Source: Candidatus Krumholzibacteriota bacterium (GTDB lineage Bacteria; Krumholzibacteriota; Krumholzibacteriia; LZORAL124-64-63). Taken from it: a DNA stretch of 51,391 nucleotides. The notes under the pieces are model-generated. The model saw nothing but the letters and a program-made list of their open reading frames with translations, did no database searches and was not told the origin of the DNA. The translations under genes were made by a program, and so were the position numbers. Positions 27,204 to 37,037 of this stretch are shown piece after piece. Every line of letters starts with the position of its first letter. Positions within the stretch are counted from its first letter, which is position 1. Location of the stretch: positions 1-51,391 of the forward strand of contig JBDLKA010000016.1 of NCBI GenBank assembly GCA_039714075.1. Reading direction: 5' to 3'.

Positions 27204-28460
27204 TTGTTTCCTGCAAGCTTTCCGCGGACATTGAACAGAGCAGCTTCCCGGCTGTTGCTGACCGCCGCCGTGGTGTTGGCTGTCTGGCCTGCCGACGGAC
27301 GGGCCTCTTCGACCCGCATTGGCAGCCTGGGCGGGTCCGGAGGATTCTTCGAAGACCACCACAACGTCCTGCGCTGGTACGGCAGCCTGGGCGATTATCC
27401 CGACCTGGTGATCATCGAAACCGGGCATTTCGACCTGAGCGACGGTTATGACGATGACTGGGGCCGGACCGTATCCGGACCCGGCGGCGGCGTGCACGCC
27501 CGGTTCGACAAGAACGGACGCTGGGGCACGGGCGGACTTTTTTTCCACGGACTCGCCGACGACAGTGATCCGGGAAGCCTGCACGACGGTTACCGGGGCG
27601 GCAGCGTTACGGCCCTTTATGCGCGGGACATCGCCGGCCTGTCGGTCGGATTCATGTTCCGGCACACGGCCGACACCGACTTTCAATCCGCGGCGCCCTC
27701 CCCCGACCCGGTCGAAAGAACCTTCGAACAAACCCGGAATGACTTCGGATTCGGCTTACGGATGGACATCTCCCCACAGGCCTACCTGGACCTGGCGGGA
27801 GAAATCCGCCACCTCCGAAACCGCGCCTTCGGCTCGGACCCGGCCGATCCCGACTGGGACACCAGTGACCTCGATTCCTGGAACAACCAGGGGCTGCGTG
27901 CCCGGGCCTTCATCGGACTGAACGACCGCCTGGCCCTGGCCCCGCTGGTCGAATACGTCCACGAGGATTTTACGGGTACCTCCCATGCGGGGGGCGACCT
28001 GGTGGGAGAGACATCCGGCAACAGGGGTCATCTGTTTCGTGTCGGGGCGGGGTTGAACCTATTCGTGGATGCCGACAACCTTCTCCTTTTTTCAACGGAA
28101 CACGTCACCGGCAGGGTCGACCACACCATTCGGGATCTGGACGGCGACAGTTCCTATTCATGGCGGGAGGATTACGGGGTTTTGTTGCTTCGCCTGGCTT
28201 TCGAAACCCGGCTGGCCCACTGGGTCACCGCGCGCGCGTCGGCCGGTTATGAACATGTCGACAATCAGGGAGACAATCGCTTCCCGGAAACAGGTGAGCA
28301 CATTCCCCTGGGGCTGGGATTGGGGCTTCACCTGGGTTCACTGTCGGTGGACCTGGGCCTGACCGACCGCGAGCCCCGGGGCCTGTCACGGTACAGCGCA
28401 GCGCTGACCGCGGCCGACAGTTCGACGTGGCTCGCCATCACCCTGGGCTACGGGTTTTAA
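27204..28460 (+). CDS. Putative outer-membrane beta-barrel protein
   Basis: TTG 27204 follows AAGGAGG; signal peptide, amphipathic beta strands, ends in LGYGF. Confidence 0.72.
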   Translation: MFPASFPRTLNRAASRLLLTAAVVLAVWPADGRASSTRIGSLGGSGGFFEDHHNVLRWYGSLGDYPDLVIIETGHFDLSDGYDDDWGRTVSGPGGGVHARFDKNGRWGTGGLFFHGLADDSDPGSLHDGYRGGSVTALYARDIAGLSVGFMFRHTADTDFQSAAPSPDPVERTFEQTRNDFGFGLRMDISPQAYLDLAGEIRHLRNRAFGSDPADPDWDTSDLDSWNNQGLRARAFIGLNDRLALAPLVEYVHEDFTGTSHAGGDLVGETSGNRGHLFRVGAGLNLFVDADNLLLFSTEHVTGRVDHTIRDLDGDSSYSWREDYGVLLLRLAFETRLAHWVTARASAGYEHVDNQGDNRFPETGEHIPLGLGLGLHLGSLSVDLGLTDREPRGLSRYSAALTAADSSTWLAITLGYGF

Positions 28461-28550
28461 CCCGCCGGCGGGCCGGGACTGCTTGTCCTATCGAAAAAAT
28501 TGTTATTTAATGGGACCGAGCCTTTTCAAACCCCGGCAAAGGATTCCTTG

Positions 28551-28919
28551 ATGAAGAACAAGCCCCAGTTTTCAGCGGAAATGGAATTGGACGCCGAGGT
28601 GAACGCCCAGATCTGGCGTTTAGCGGGAAAAATGGTGACCGGTTCCTGTTGTTATGACTTCCTGGATTCCGTCAGGGAAAATATAGCCAACGGCCAGATC
28701 AACGCGATTCTGGATATGACCGACATCTCCTGGACCAACAGCACCGGAGTCGGCGTTCTCGCTTCAATTTTCAACGCTGCCGGAGACGCCGGAGGAGCGA
28801 TGGTCCTTGTCGGAGCCAACCAACGGGTCGAGGCCACCCTCAAGATTGTCAATCTCTGGCCCGTGGTTGCGACATTCGACTCGCTGGCCGAAGCGCTGGA
28901 ACATTTGAAGGGCAAGTAG
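28551..28919 (+). CDS. STAS-domain anti-sigma-factor antagonist
   Basis: ILDMTDISWTNSTGVGVL, with the phosphorylatable Ser position retained; ~122 aa. Confidence 0.85.
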   Translation: MKNKPQFSAEMELDAEVNAQIWRLAGKMVTGSCCYDFLDSVRENIANGQINAILDMTDISWTNSTGVGVLASIFNAAGDAGGAMVLVGANQRVEATLKIVNLWPVVATFDSLAEALEHLKGK

Positions 28920-29015
28920 GGTCTTCCCCGCCCCGGCTCCTCGAAAATAAATATCCCCACGGTAAACGGATGCCGCGCCCCGTCCGTCCTCTTTTTCATA
29001 GCGAGGAGGACTTCG

Positions 29016-29609
29016 ATGAGTGAAGAACATGGACGAAAAGAAGATCTCGAACTGGCGCGGGCCGCCACCGGTGGCGACGAAACGGCCTGGCGCCGCATCT
29101 ACGACCAGACCAACCGGCAACTCTACAATTTCCTCTGTTACCAGACCGGCGACCGGGACGCGGCCCGCGACCTCATGCAGGACACCTATGTGACCGCCCT
29201 GCGCCGGCTGGACACCTACCGCGGCCAGGGCACCCTGCTGAGCTGGCTGCGGGCGGTGGGACTGAGGAAATGCCTGGATTGGCGACGTCGGGCATCACTG
29301 CGTATCCGCAAGCTGGCGACCTTCGCCCGCGAAAACACCCCCCTTGCTGCAGGCGGCGCGGAGGAGACGTTCCCCGGCCTGGGTGATGGCTTTCAGGCGG
29401 CGTTGGACCGCCTGTCATCCAGGCAACGGGCCGCGCTTCTCCTCCGCGAACTCGAGGATCAGCCGTTCGCCGAAATCGCCGCCGCCCTGGGCTGCGGCGA
29501 GGCGACGGCGCGGGTCCATTACCACCGTGCGTGCCGGAACATGAGGACCTGGCTGGAAAACGGCGACGACCTGGTGTTCAACGGCAACGCGGAAGGAGCG
29601 GCATCATGA
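29016..29609 (+). CDS. ECF-type sigma-70 factor
   Basis: GDETAWRRIY, ARDLMQD, SWL, LDRLSSRQRAALLL, EIAAALG. Confidence 0.92.
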   Translation: MSEEHGRKEDLELARAATGGDETAWRRIYDQTNRQLYNFLCYQTGDRDAARDLMQDTYVTALRRLDTYRGQGTLLSWLRAVGLRKCLDWRRRASLRIRKLATFARENTPLAAGGAEETFPGLGDGFQAALDRLSSRQRAALLLRELEDQPFAEIAAALGCGEATARVHYHRACRNMRTWLENGDDLVFNGNAEGAAS

Positions 29610-31747
29610 AACGCTTTCTGAAACATGACAAATACGAACTGGGCGACCGGGACCGGGAATCCCTCTGGCACGACATTCGCCGGGAATTGAAACCCGCGGG
29701 CCGGCCTTCGTTGTTCCGGACCGTTCGCCCGTGGCCGGCCCTGACCACCGCGGTTACTGTCGTCGCGCTCGCGGCGCTTGGAGTTTGGTGGATCGATTCG
29801 AACCGGACGGACATGATGGGAGCCGGGCATCCGGGGCTGCTGGGCAAGAGACCGGGTGAAGTGGTTCGCCAGGCTGAACCCGCTCCCTTGAAGTATGGTG
29901 GCAAACCCCTGGCGGACGAGGTCGTGGAAATCGATCAAATCGAAGAGTCCGCTTCGGCCGCGATCAGCCGGGAGGAAAAAGAATCTACGGAGGGAGCGGA
30001 ATACATGGTCGAGGTCAAGAGCGCGGTTACCGAACATTCCGTTAGGTCCGAGACGTTCGAAAAGCACGCCATTGATTCGGTCGATGACGCTTTGTCAAAG
30101 AAGGCAGGGGTAGTCAATCGTGCTGGCGAGTTGTACGTGCGGGGCGGCCGGTCCGGCGAAGTATCGATGCAAACCACAGGCGTCGCCGGCAGTCCCTCGC
30201 CCACAGTCACTGAAGCCCCCGGGAAGGCTCGGCAAAATGCCGCCGAAGATGCCCCCCCCGGCTCGGTAACCGGCGGAACCAAACCGCCCAACGACGAACA
30301 GGTCGAGCTGATGTACTTCGAACACGTCGGCGTCAACCCCTTCGTCGCCACCGAGGACGACTCCCTTTCCACCTTCGCGGTGGACGTGGACAACGCCTCG
30401 TGGACCGTGGCCCGCAACTACCTGGACCGCGGCCTGCTGCCGCCCGCCGACGCAATCAGGGTCGAGGAATTCGTCAACGCGTTCGACCCCGGTTGGGCGG
30501 AACACACCGACGACGTGTTCCGGATCCACACCGACGCTGCGGCTTCCCGCTTTGCCGAGGGTTACCACCTGTTGCGGATCGGACTGGCGGGCAAGTCCCT
30601 CGGCGACGAGCACCGCAAGGCCGCCAACCTGATCTTCGTCATCGACATCTCCGGCAGCATGAACCGGGAAAACCGGCTGGGCGCGGTCAGGAAGTCCCTG
30701 CACCTTTTGCTGGATGAACTCGGCGAAGGCGACCGGGTCGGGCTGGTGGTCTACGGATCGCGGGGCGAGATCAGGCTCGAACCCACGGACATCAGCCGCC
30801 GCGAAGTGATCGCCCGGGCCATCGACGGACTGGCCAGCAACGGTTCGACCAACGTCTACGAAGGTCTCGAACTGGCGTACGGCCTGGCCCGGAAACATTA
30901 CGAGCCCGCCAAGATCAACCGTCTGATCCTGTGCAGCGACGGCGTGGCCAACAACGGGGCCAGCACCGAGGCGGAAAAGATCCTGTCGCTGGTGCGCCGG
31001 TCTTCCGACGAGGGCATCACCATCTCGACCATCGGGTTCGGGATGGGCAACTACAACGACGTGCTGATGGAGAAACTCGCCAACAAGGGCGACGGCAACT
31101 ACTACTACGTGGACCGCCAGGAAGAGACCGAACGGGTCTTCCGCGAGAACCTGACGGGGATGCTGCAGACCATCGCCCGCGAGGTGAAGGTCCAGGTCGA
31201 ATTCGACCCCCGCCTGGTCAAGCGCTGGCGCCTGCTGGGTTACGAGAACCGCGACGTGGCCGACCGCGACTTCCGCAACGACGCGGTGGACGCGGGCGAG
31301 GTCGGCGTGGGCCACCGGGTGACGGCGCTGTACGAGGTGAAGTTGGCTCGTACTCCCGCGGTACCCGAGGGTATTTCCACCGTGGGAGCGGATTGGGAAG
31401 GTCCCGCCGTACGCGTCGGAACCGTCCGTCTGCGCCACGAAGCCCCGGCCCACGATACGGCCCGGGCGGGTCAGGTCGAGGAAATCGAACAGACCCTCCT
31501 GCTCAGCCAGTTCGCGGGTGATTTCGCCTCCGGTACGGTCGGGATGCGGGCCCAGGCCGTGGCCGCCGAGTTTGCCGAGATCCTGAAGGAAAGCTTTTGG
31601 GCCAAGGAAAGCAGCCTGGCAGACCTGGTGCCGGTGGCGGACGGACTCGCCGCCGAGATGCCCGGCGACCCCACGATTCGAGACCTGGCCGCCATGATTC
31701 GCCAGGCCGCCGATCTTCAGGATCCTGTCCAGCAGCAGGAGAAGTGA
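29606..31747 (+). CDS. YfbK-like von Willebrand A domain protein with N-terminal TM
   Basis: ATGA overlap with the sigma stop; STFAVDVDNAS, RVEEFVN, MIDAS DISGS, LCSDG, RLLGYENR. Confidence 0.9.
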   Translation: MKRFLKHDKYELGDRDRESLWHDIRRELKPAGRPSLFRTVRPWPALTTAVTVVALAALGVWWIDSNRTDMMGAGHPGLLGKRPGEVVRQAEPAPLKYGGKPLADEVVEIDQIEESASAAISREEKESTEGAEYMVEVKSAVTEHSVRSETFEKHAIDSVDDALSKKAGVVNRAGELYVRGGRSGEVSMQTTGVAGSPSPTVTEAPGKARQNAAEDAPPGSVTGGTKPPNDEQVELMYFEHVGVNPFVATEDDSLSTFAVDVDNASWTVARNYLDRGLLPPADAIRVEEFVNAFDPGWAEHTDDVFRIHTDAAASRFAEGYHLLRIGLAGKSLGDEHRKAANLIFVIDISGSMNRENRLGAVRKSLHLLLDELGEGDRVGLVVYGSRGEIRLEPTDISRREVIARAIDGLASNGSTNVYEGLELAYGLARKHYEPAKINRLILCSDGVANNGASTEAEKILSLVRRSSDEGITISTIGFGMGNYNDVLMEKLANKGDGNYYYVDRQEETERVFRENLTGMLQTIAREVKVQVEFDPRLVKRWRLLGYENRDVADRDFRNDAVDAGEVGVGHRVTALYEVKLARTPAVPEGISTVGADWEGPAVRVGTVRLRHEAPAHDTARAGQVEEIEQTLLLSQFAGDFASGTVGMRAQAVAAEFAEILKESFWAKESSLADLVPVADGLAAEMPGDPTIRDLAAMIRQAADLQDPVQQQEK

Positions 31748-31843
31748 CAGCCGGCGGTTGCCAACGGGGGCCGGCCCGGGGATAATGCATCCGAACGATG
31801 CCTGACCCGGGCGGCCCCCTACTGCATCCAGACCGGAGAATCC

Positions 31844-32593
31844 TTGCCCGTCACCATTTTCCAATCCCCTTTTGAATACGCCCTGACCTGCGCGATCCTG
31901 GTGGTCGCCCAGCTGGTCTACGTGTTGTTCGGATTCGGAGCGGGTTTGATCGCCGTGGGCAGCCTGGCCCTGGTCTTTCCGGAGATCAAGGACGTGGTGG
32001 TGCTTCTGCTGCTGGTCAACCTGCCGGCCGAACTCTTCGTCACCTGGCGGTCCCGGCGGGAAATCCGGTGGCGGCCCATCGGGGGGCTGGGCGTGGGGAT
32101 CGCGGTGGGCATACCGGTGGGAGCATGGCTGCTGAGCACGACCGATCCGGGCATCGTCCTGACGATTCTGGGGTGGTTCCTGATCGCCGTGGGCCTGGTT
32201 TTCGTGAAACTTCCCCCCGGAGGACGGATCAACCCGCCGGCGGTCGCCGCGCCGCCCACCGGTTTGGTCAGCGGCGTGCTGACCGGCCTGTTCGGGACCG
32301 GAGGGCCGCCCCTGATCATCTGGTACCACCTGGCGGCGGTGGGCAAAAGCGCCTTTCGCGCCAACCTGATGACCATCTTCCTGCTGATGACCTTCGTGAG
32401 GGTTCCCAGCTACGTCGCCGGCGGGTTGGTGACAGGCCCCCGGCTGTGGTCTTCACTATTGGTGATGCCGGCGGTCTTTTTCGGAGCCTGGCTGGGACAC
32501 CGGCTGCACCTGAAGATTTCCGAACGCACTTTCCGGCGCCTGGTCAGCCTGTTGCTGGCCGTCCTGGGCCTGATGCTTCTGCTCAAGGGTTGA
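31844..32593 (+). CDS. TauE/SafE-family membrane protein
   Basis: GFGAG and GLFGTGGPP repeats; about 8 TM segments. Confidence 0.88.
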   Translation: MPVTIFQSPFEYALTCAILVVAQLVYVLFGFGAGLIAVGSLALVFPEIKDVVVLLLLVNLPAELFVTWRSRREIRWRPIGGLGVGIAVGIPVGAWLLSTTDPGIVLTILGWFLIAVGLVFVKLPPGGRINPPAVAAPPTGLVSGVLTGLFGTGGPPLIIWYHLAAVGKSAFRANLMTIFLLMTFVRVPSYVAGGLVTGPRLWSSLLVMPAVFFGAWLGHRLHLKISERTFRRLVSLLLAVLGLMLLLKG

Positions 32594-32597
32594 TCCC

Positions 32598-33269
32598 TCA
32601 GAAACTGAACCCCGCCCCCAGCTGGTAATGGGAAAGTTTGGCCCCGATTTCGGGATCATGGGCCCCCTCCGGCCCCACTTCGGCCTTGGCGGCCCCGGGC
32701 AACGGAGTGGTGTCCAGCAACAGCTGGCCGGTAAACCCCTGGGTATACCGGAAATCGACCGTGACCGGCCCCACGCCCAGGGAAACCCCCGCGTGTCCCA
32801 CGATATCGGTATTCTTGTAACCCCACTCGCGGTCGGCCCGGCCCGGAAAAGCCGACCAGGATTCCTTCACTTTCAATACGATGGACCCACCCACATAGAC
32901 CCGCGGCACGAAACCCAGGTCGGGCACATGGGCTCCCAGAAAGATGGAGGGTTGCACGCAGTGCAGCGTGACCTCGGCGTCGTCCACCGTAAAACCGGTT
33001 ACCGGATCGGAGAAGAAGTTCGGCTGGCTACCCACTTTCTGCACGTATTCCAGGGCATACGAGGCATCGAGGATACGACCGGCCAGGGGGATGTCGTTGC
33101 CGACACCCACGAAAAAACCGTCGCCCTTGTTCTTCAGCCCCACGTCGGCGTGGGTCCAACCGGCGGTCAGCGTGACCGCCGAGGCAGGCATCGACGATAT
33201 CAACAGGAGTGCAACCAGGGAAACGGCGGCCGGAAACCGGTGAGAAGAACGGGTCATGATGGTGATCAC
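32598..33269 (-). CDS. Small outer-membrane beta-barrel protein
   Basis: Signal peptide; EYVQK, VDFRY; ends in LGAGFSF. The start could instead be ATG 33257. Confidence 0.75.
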   Translation of the reverse strand: MITIMTRSSHRFPAAVSLVALLLISSMPASAVTLTAGWTHADVGLKNKGDGFFVGVGNDIPLAGRILDASYALEYVQKVGSQPNFFSDPVTGFTVDDAEVTLHCVQPSIFLGAHVPDLGFVPRVYVGGSIVLKVKESWSAFPGRADREWGYKNTDIVGHAGVSLGVGPVTVDFRYTQGFTGQLLLDTTPLPGAAKAEVGPEGAHDPEIGAKLSHYQLGAGFSF

Positions 33270-33320
33270 CCTTTTGGCAGTGGGGAAACAAGGTTCCTGG
33301 TCCGGATCAGCGTAAGGAAA

Positions 33321-36300
33321 TCAGCGGACCAGCGCCACCGACTTTACACTGGAAACACCATCCACCGTCAAGCGCGCAAAATAGGTCCCCGAGGCCACTT
33401 GGCGGCCGGCGTCGTCGCGGCCCCGCCAGGGTACCGCGTGGGGACCGGCCGCCAGACGGCCCTCGGCCAGCGACCGGATCCGCCGTCCGGAGACATCGTA
33501 GACAGCCAGGGTCACCGCCGCTTCGGCGGGCAGGCTGAATTCCAGGCTGGTGGCCGGATTGAAGGGGTTGGGCACCGCCCCGGCAAAGATGACCGTGCGT
33601 GGCGTATTCACGTCGGGAACCGCGCTGACCTCCGTTACGGTCAGCATCAGGGGCACCAGCAGTTCGGACATGAAAGGATCCGTGGAGGTGATGGTCATCA
33701 GAGCCACGTGGAAACCCGGCTCGAGGTTGTTCGCGTCGAAGGAAACAACCGCCGGAAGGGTGGAACCGGGCGCGACCTGCCCCGCGAGGGGATTCACGCT
33801 CGCCATGATGAAGGGAGGTTCGAACAGAACGGCCAACCCGTCGTGGAGATAGCTGTCCCTGTCGATCAGGACCAGCAGGCCGTCGTCACCGGCCGGGTTT
33901 TCGATTCCCACCGTGCAGTGACCGGTGTCCTGAAGATCCTCATACTGGTAGAGGATCGATCCGTCACCGTTGAGAACGATCTGAAAAGTTTCCGGGGCCC
34001 GGTTTGTCCGCCGGGACATGTGTTCGTACTGGACGATGAACCGATCGTTTTCGGGTTCGGACTTGTAGTAGATCAACCCGCCCACAGCGGAATCCAGGTC
34101 ATCCCAGAAGGCCGCCAGGATATTGTCCGGGGGCAGCGGTTCGGGAATGCCCACGTTGTCGAAAGCGGGGTTCTGCCGGGTAAAGGACAGGAATCCGTTG
34201 GTGCAGACGAATACCGAGTCGTAGGTGGCCCCGTAATAATTGAATTCAAAGCCCAGGGAAAACGGTCCCAGGACTTCGTCATTCCCCGAGCCCGCGATCA
34301 TCCCGTCGGCCGCAATGTCCACCCAATCGTAGACCGGACCGTCCTGGTGGTGGTTGTCCCGCCACTGGTAACCGAAAGCATCGGGACCGCCGACGTTGAA
34401 GGTAGACTTGGGGGACGGGTCGTCGCCCGGGGCCGGGGCTCCCCTCTTGAGAAGGTCCCCAATGGAAATTTCGAAATCCAGGACCCAGTTCCCGGTATTG
34501 GAGATGTTGAAAGGCACATCCAGGGTGCTCCCTTTCGCCACCGTCGCCGGCAGGGACGCAACGTCCAGTGTTATGGTGGGGAACATTTCCTCGCCGGTGG
34601 TGGGAAATTCGATGAAGTCCAGCCAGACCGCGTCTTCTCCCTCGGCAAAGGCGACATCCCTGTGATAGGACCACTTGAAGTTGTGGTGGCCCCGCTCGAC
34701 CGGCATCCGGAACAGTTCCCAGTCCTTTTCCCCGGACCAGACCGCCACCGGAATCCCGTCCAGATAGAAGGTCAGGTCGTCGAAGAAATACTCCGTGGAA
34801 ACCTTGATCCAGAACTGCAGGTAACTGTCGCCGCTGACGTAATAGTCGAGGAACAGGTCCGAGCGCTGATCGTTGCGGAGGACCCCGGAACGGGCGCTGA
34901 ATCTTCCTTCGAACCGGGTGACCGGATCAATGGTCCAGGCGGCGTTTCCGCCTCCCAGCCAGGGGAAAGCCTGAAAATCGGCGGTTTCGAAATCTTCGAT
35001 GAACTGTTCCGGAAGGTTGAAATCCTGAACCAGATCCCCCGCCAGTTCCACCGAACGGTAATCGTAACCCAGCCCGTCCGCCTTCCCCTGCAGGTGGTAG
35101 ATCACGCCGGGACCCAAGGGCAGTTCCAGTTCATAGTAACCGGTCGCGTCGGTCTCCGCGGGAGCAACGGGAATGTCCAGCGGGGTCACCAGGGCGCCGG
35201 GCACGGGTTGGCCGTCGGGCCCGAACACATGGCCGCTGAGGATGGCCGTCGGCTTGGGATCAAGGGCAACGTCGTAGGTTGCCGTCATCCCGGGCTGGAT
35301 ATCCGCCGCGATGCCGTTGGTGTAATAACCGAATTTGGAAACAAAAAAATTGGCCCGGCCGGCCAGCATGGTCAGGCTGAAATTCCCCAGGGCGTCGGTG
35401 CGGGTTCTATTGAATCCGTCGTATCTGGCCACTGCGGCCCCGGCCAGAGGGGAACCCGTGACCAGGTCCGTGACGGTCCCGGTCATGGTTCCGACATCGG
35501 TCAAAGCGGCCGTTACCGCGGCATGGGCATCGATGAATCCGTGACCGTAATCGTTGTCCTGGCCCGGCGAACCCCCGTCGATGGCCGTGGCCATGAGGAT
35601 TTCCTTGATCGAAACAACGTCCAGGTCGGGGTTGGCCTGCCGCATCAGGGCCACCACTCCCGCCACATGGGGTCCGGCCATCGAGGTCCCGCTGAGCAGC
35701 TGATAAAGACCGCCGGGTGCGGAACTGTAGATATCCCATCCCGGCGCCACGACCTCGGGTTTGATCGGGTAGTCGCCGCCGCAACCCGAAGGGCCGCGGC
35801 TGGAAAATTCGGTAATGAGGAAGGGAGAAACGGTTTCGGTGGCCCCCACGGAAAAGCAGTTGTAGGGATTGGTGGCCCGGTCCGCGGGAGATCTCATGGT
35901 ATGGGGCCGGGGGCCCTCGTTGCCCGCCGCCCAGACGAGAACCACGCCGGCCGCCTCGCAGTTGTCGATGGCGTCCCACCAACGGCTGTCACAATCGATA
36001 TAGCCGTCGAAGGCCTCGAAAACACCCCAGCTGTTCTGGACCACGTCGGGCACGTCGTTGGTGGTCGCCGGATCCCCGTCGGGGTCGGTCATGAACTCCA
36101 GGGACGCCAGCACCGCGTTGTCCAGCCCGCCCAGGCTGCCGCCGAGGGTGTTGGCGGCGATCCACCGGGCTCCGGGCGCCACGCCGATGGTATCGCCCGG
36201 GGCCAGGCCGGTCAGGGTTCCCATGACGTGCGTGCCGTGGCCTACGGGATGGAGATCCACGGGAAAAGAGGTTTCCCCGGTGCCGGCAGCGTCCAGCCAA

Positions 36301-36950
36301 CATTCCGCGGCGGGCGCGAAATTTCCCCGCCAGCGCCCGGCCAGGGCCGGGTGGGCTCCGTCGACACCCGTATCCATGCTGCCGATGATCGTTCCGGACC
36401 CGTCAATGCCGTATTCCCGCCACACGCGCGGGGCGCCCACCGCCCGGATTCCGGGAGCCATGCCGATGCCCTCGGTCCCGGCAAAGGCCGGGATGCTTTT
36501 GATCCCGGTCACCGGGGTGATCAAGGCAGGTCTCAGATCGGGTTCGACCCTGGCGACATCCGGCCGGGCGGCGATTTCCCGGACAGCTTCAGGCGTGGCG
36601 GTGATAACGACGGAATTGATCAGCCAGTGGGGCACGAACCCGAGGACCCGGCCGGCATTCGATTTGGCGGTGAGATCCGCCACCAGAGCGGTCTGCGACC
36701 TGGCGGCCGTTTCCTGGAGGGATGACACCACCAGACGGTGGCGTTGGGACATGCCTGCTTTGGCGCCCCGCAGATCCAGGTCCATCTGCCGGATGTCGAC
36801 CTGATCCCGGAGGACGACCAGGACCTTGACCGGTTCGTTCTTACCGGAATCCTGCAGCAGAAGTTCAAGTGCCGGAGCAATGATGCCCGCCCGGGCGGCA
36901 AGGGGGACCAGGAGAATGAACCCGAGGAAATAAAGTTTTTTGGCGAACAT
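33321..36950 (-). CDS. Secreted S8 (subtilisin-family) protease with accessory beta domains and a FlgD-like/T9SS-type CTD
   Basis: Triad DTGV, HGTHV, GTSMAGPHV; propeptide; carboxypeptidase-regulatory-like domains; GGPDAFGY domain; C-terminal PNPFNP...WRGRDDAG...GTYF. Confidence 0.93.
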   Translation of the reverse strand: MFAKKLYFLGFILLVPLAARAGIIAPALELLLQDSGKNEPVKVLVVLRDQVDIRQMDLDLRGAKAGMSQRHRLVVSSLQETAARSQTALVADLTAKSNAGRVLGFVPHWLINSVVITATPEAVREIAARPDVARVEPDLRPALITPVTGIKSIPAFAGTEGIGMAPGIRAVGAPRVWREYGIDGSGTIIGSMDTGVDGAHPALAGRWRGNFAPAAECWLDAAGTGETSFPVDLHPVGHGTHVMGTLTGLAPGDTIGVAPGARWIAANTLGGSLGGLDNAVLASLEFMTDPDGDPATTNDVPDVVQNSWGVFEAFDGYIDCDSRWWDAIDNCEAAGVVLVWAAGNEGPRPHTMRSPADRATNPYNCFSVGATETVSPFLITEFSSRGPSGCGGDYPIKPEVVAPGWDIYSSAPGGLYQLLSGTSMAGPHVAGVVALMRQANPDLDVVSIKEILMATAIDGGSPGQDNDYGHGFIDAHAAVTAALTDVGTMTGTVTDLVTGSPLAGAAVARYDGFNRTRTDALGNFSLTMLAGRANFFVSKFGYYTNGIAADIQPGMTATYDVALDPKPTAILSGHVFGPDGQPVPGALVTPLDIPVAPAETDATGYYELELPLGPGVIYHLQGKADGLGYDYRSVELAGDLVQDFNLPEQFIEDFETADFQAFPWLGGGNAAWTIDPVTRFEGRFSARSGVLRNDQRSDLFLDYYVSGDSYLQFWIKVSTEYFFDDLTFYLDGIPVAVWSGEKDWELFRMPVERGHHNFKWSYHRDVAFAEGEDAVWLDFIEFPTTGEEMFPTITLDVASLPATVAKGSTLDVPFNISNTGNWVLDFEISIGDLLKRGAPAPGDDPSPKSTFNVGGPDAFGYQWRDNHHQDGPVYDWVDIAADGMIAGSGNDEVLGPFSLGFEFNYYGATYDSVFVCTNGFLSFTRQNPAFDNVGIPEPLPPDNILAAFWDDLDSAVGGLIYYKSEPENDRFIVQYEHMSRRTNRAPETFQIVLNGDGSILYQYEDLQDTGHCTVGIENPAGDDGLLVLIDRDSYLHDGLAVLFEPPFIMASVNPLAGQVAPGSTLPAVVSFDANNLEPGFHVALMTITSTDPFMSELLVPLMLTVTEVSAVPDVNTPRTVIFAGAVPNPFNPATSLEFSLPAEAAVTLAVYDVSGRRIRSLAEGRLAAGPHAVPWRGRDDAGRQVASGTYFARLTVDGVSSVKSVALVR

Positions 36951-37037
36951 GGGCAAACCTCTGTCATCATATTAGAGATTTCCCGCTCGTTTGAACAGCC
37001 CGGCGGGCCTCGGTACGGCCGGCCGGGATCCCCCGGT

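Noticed and set aside
32628..36725. 1365-aa plus-strand ORF
   Set aside because: Antisense shadow of the S8 protease and the barrel gene; no motifs.
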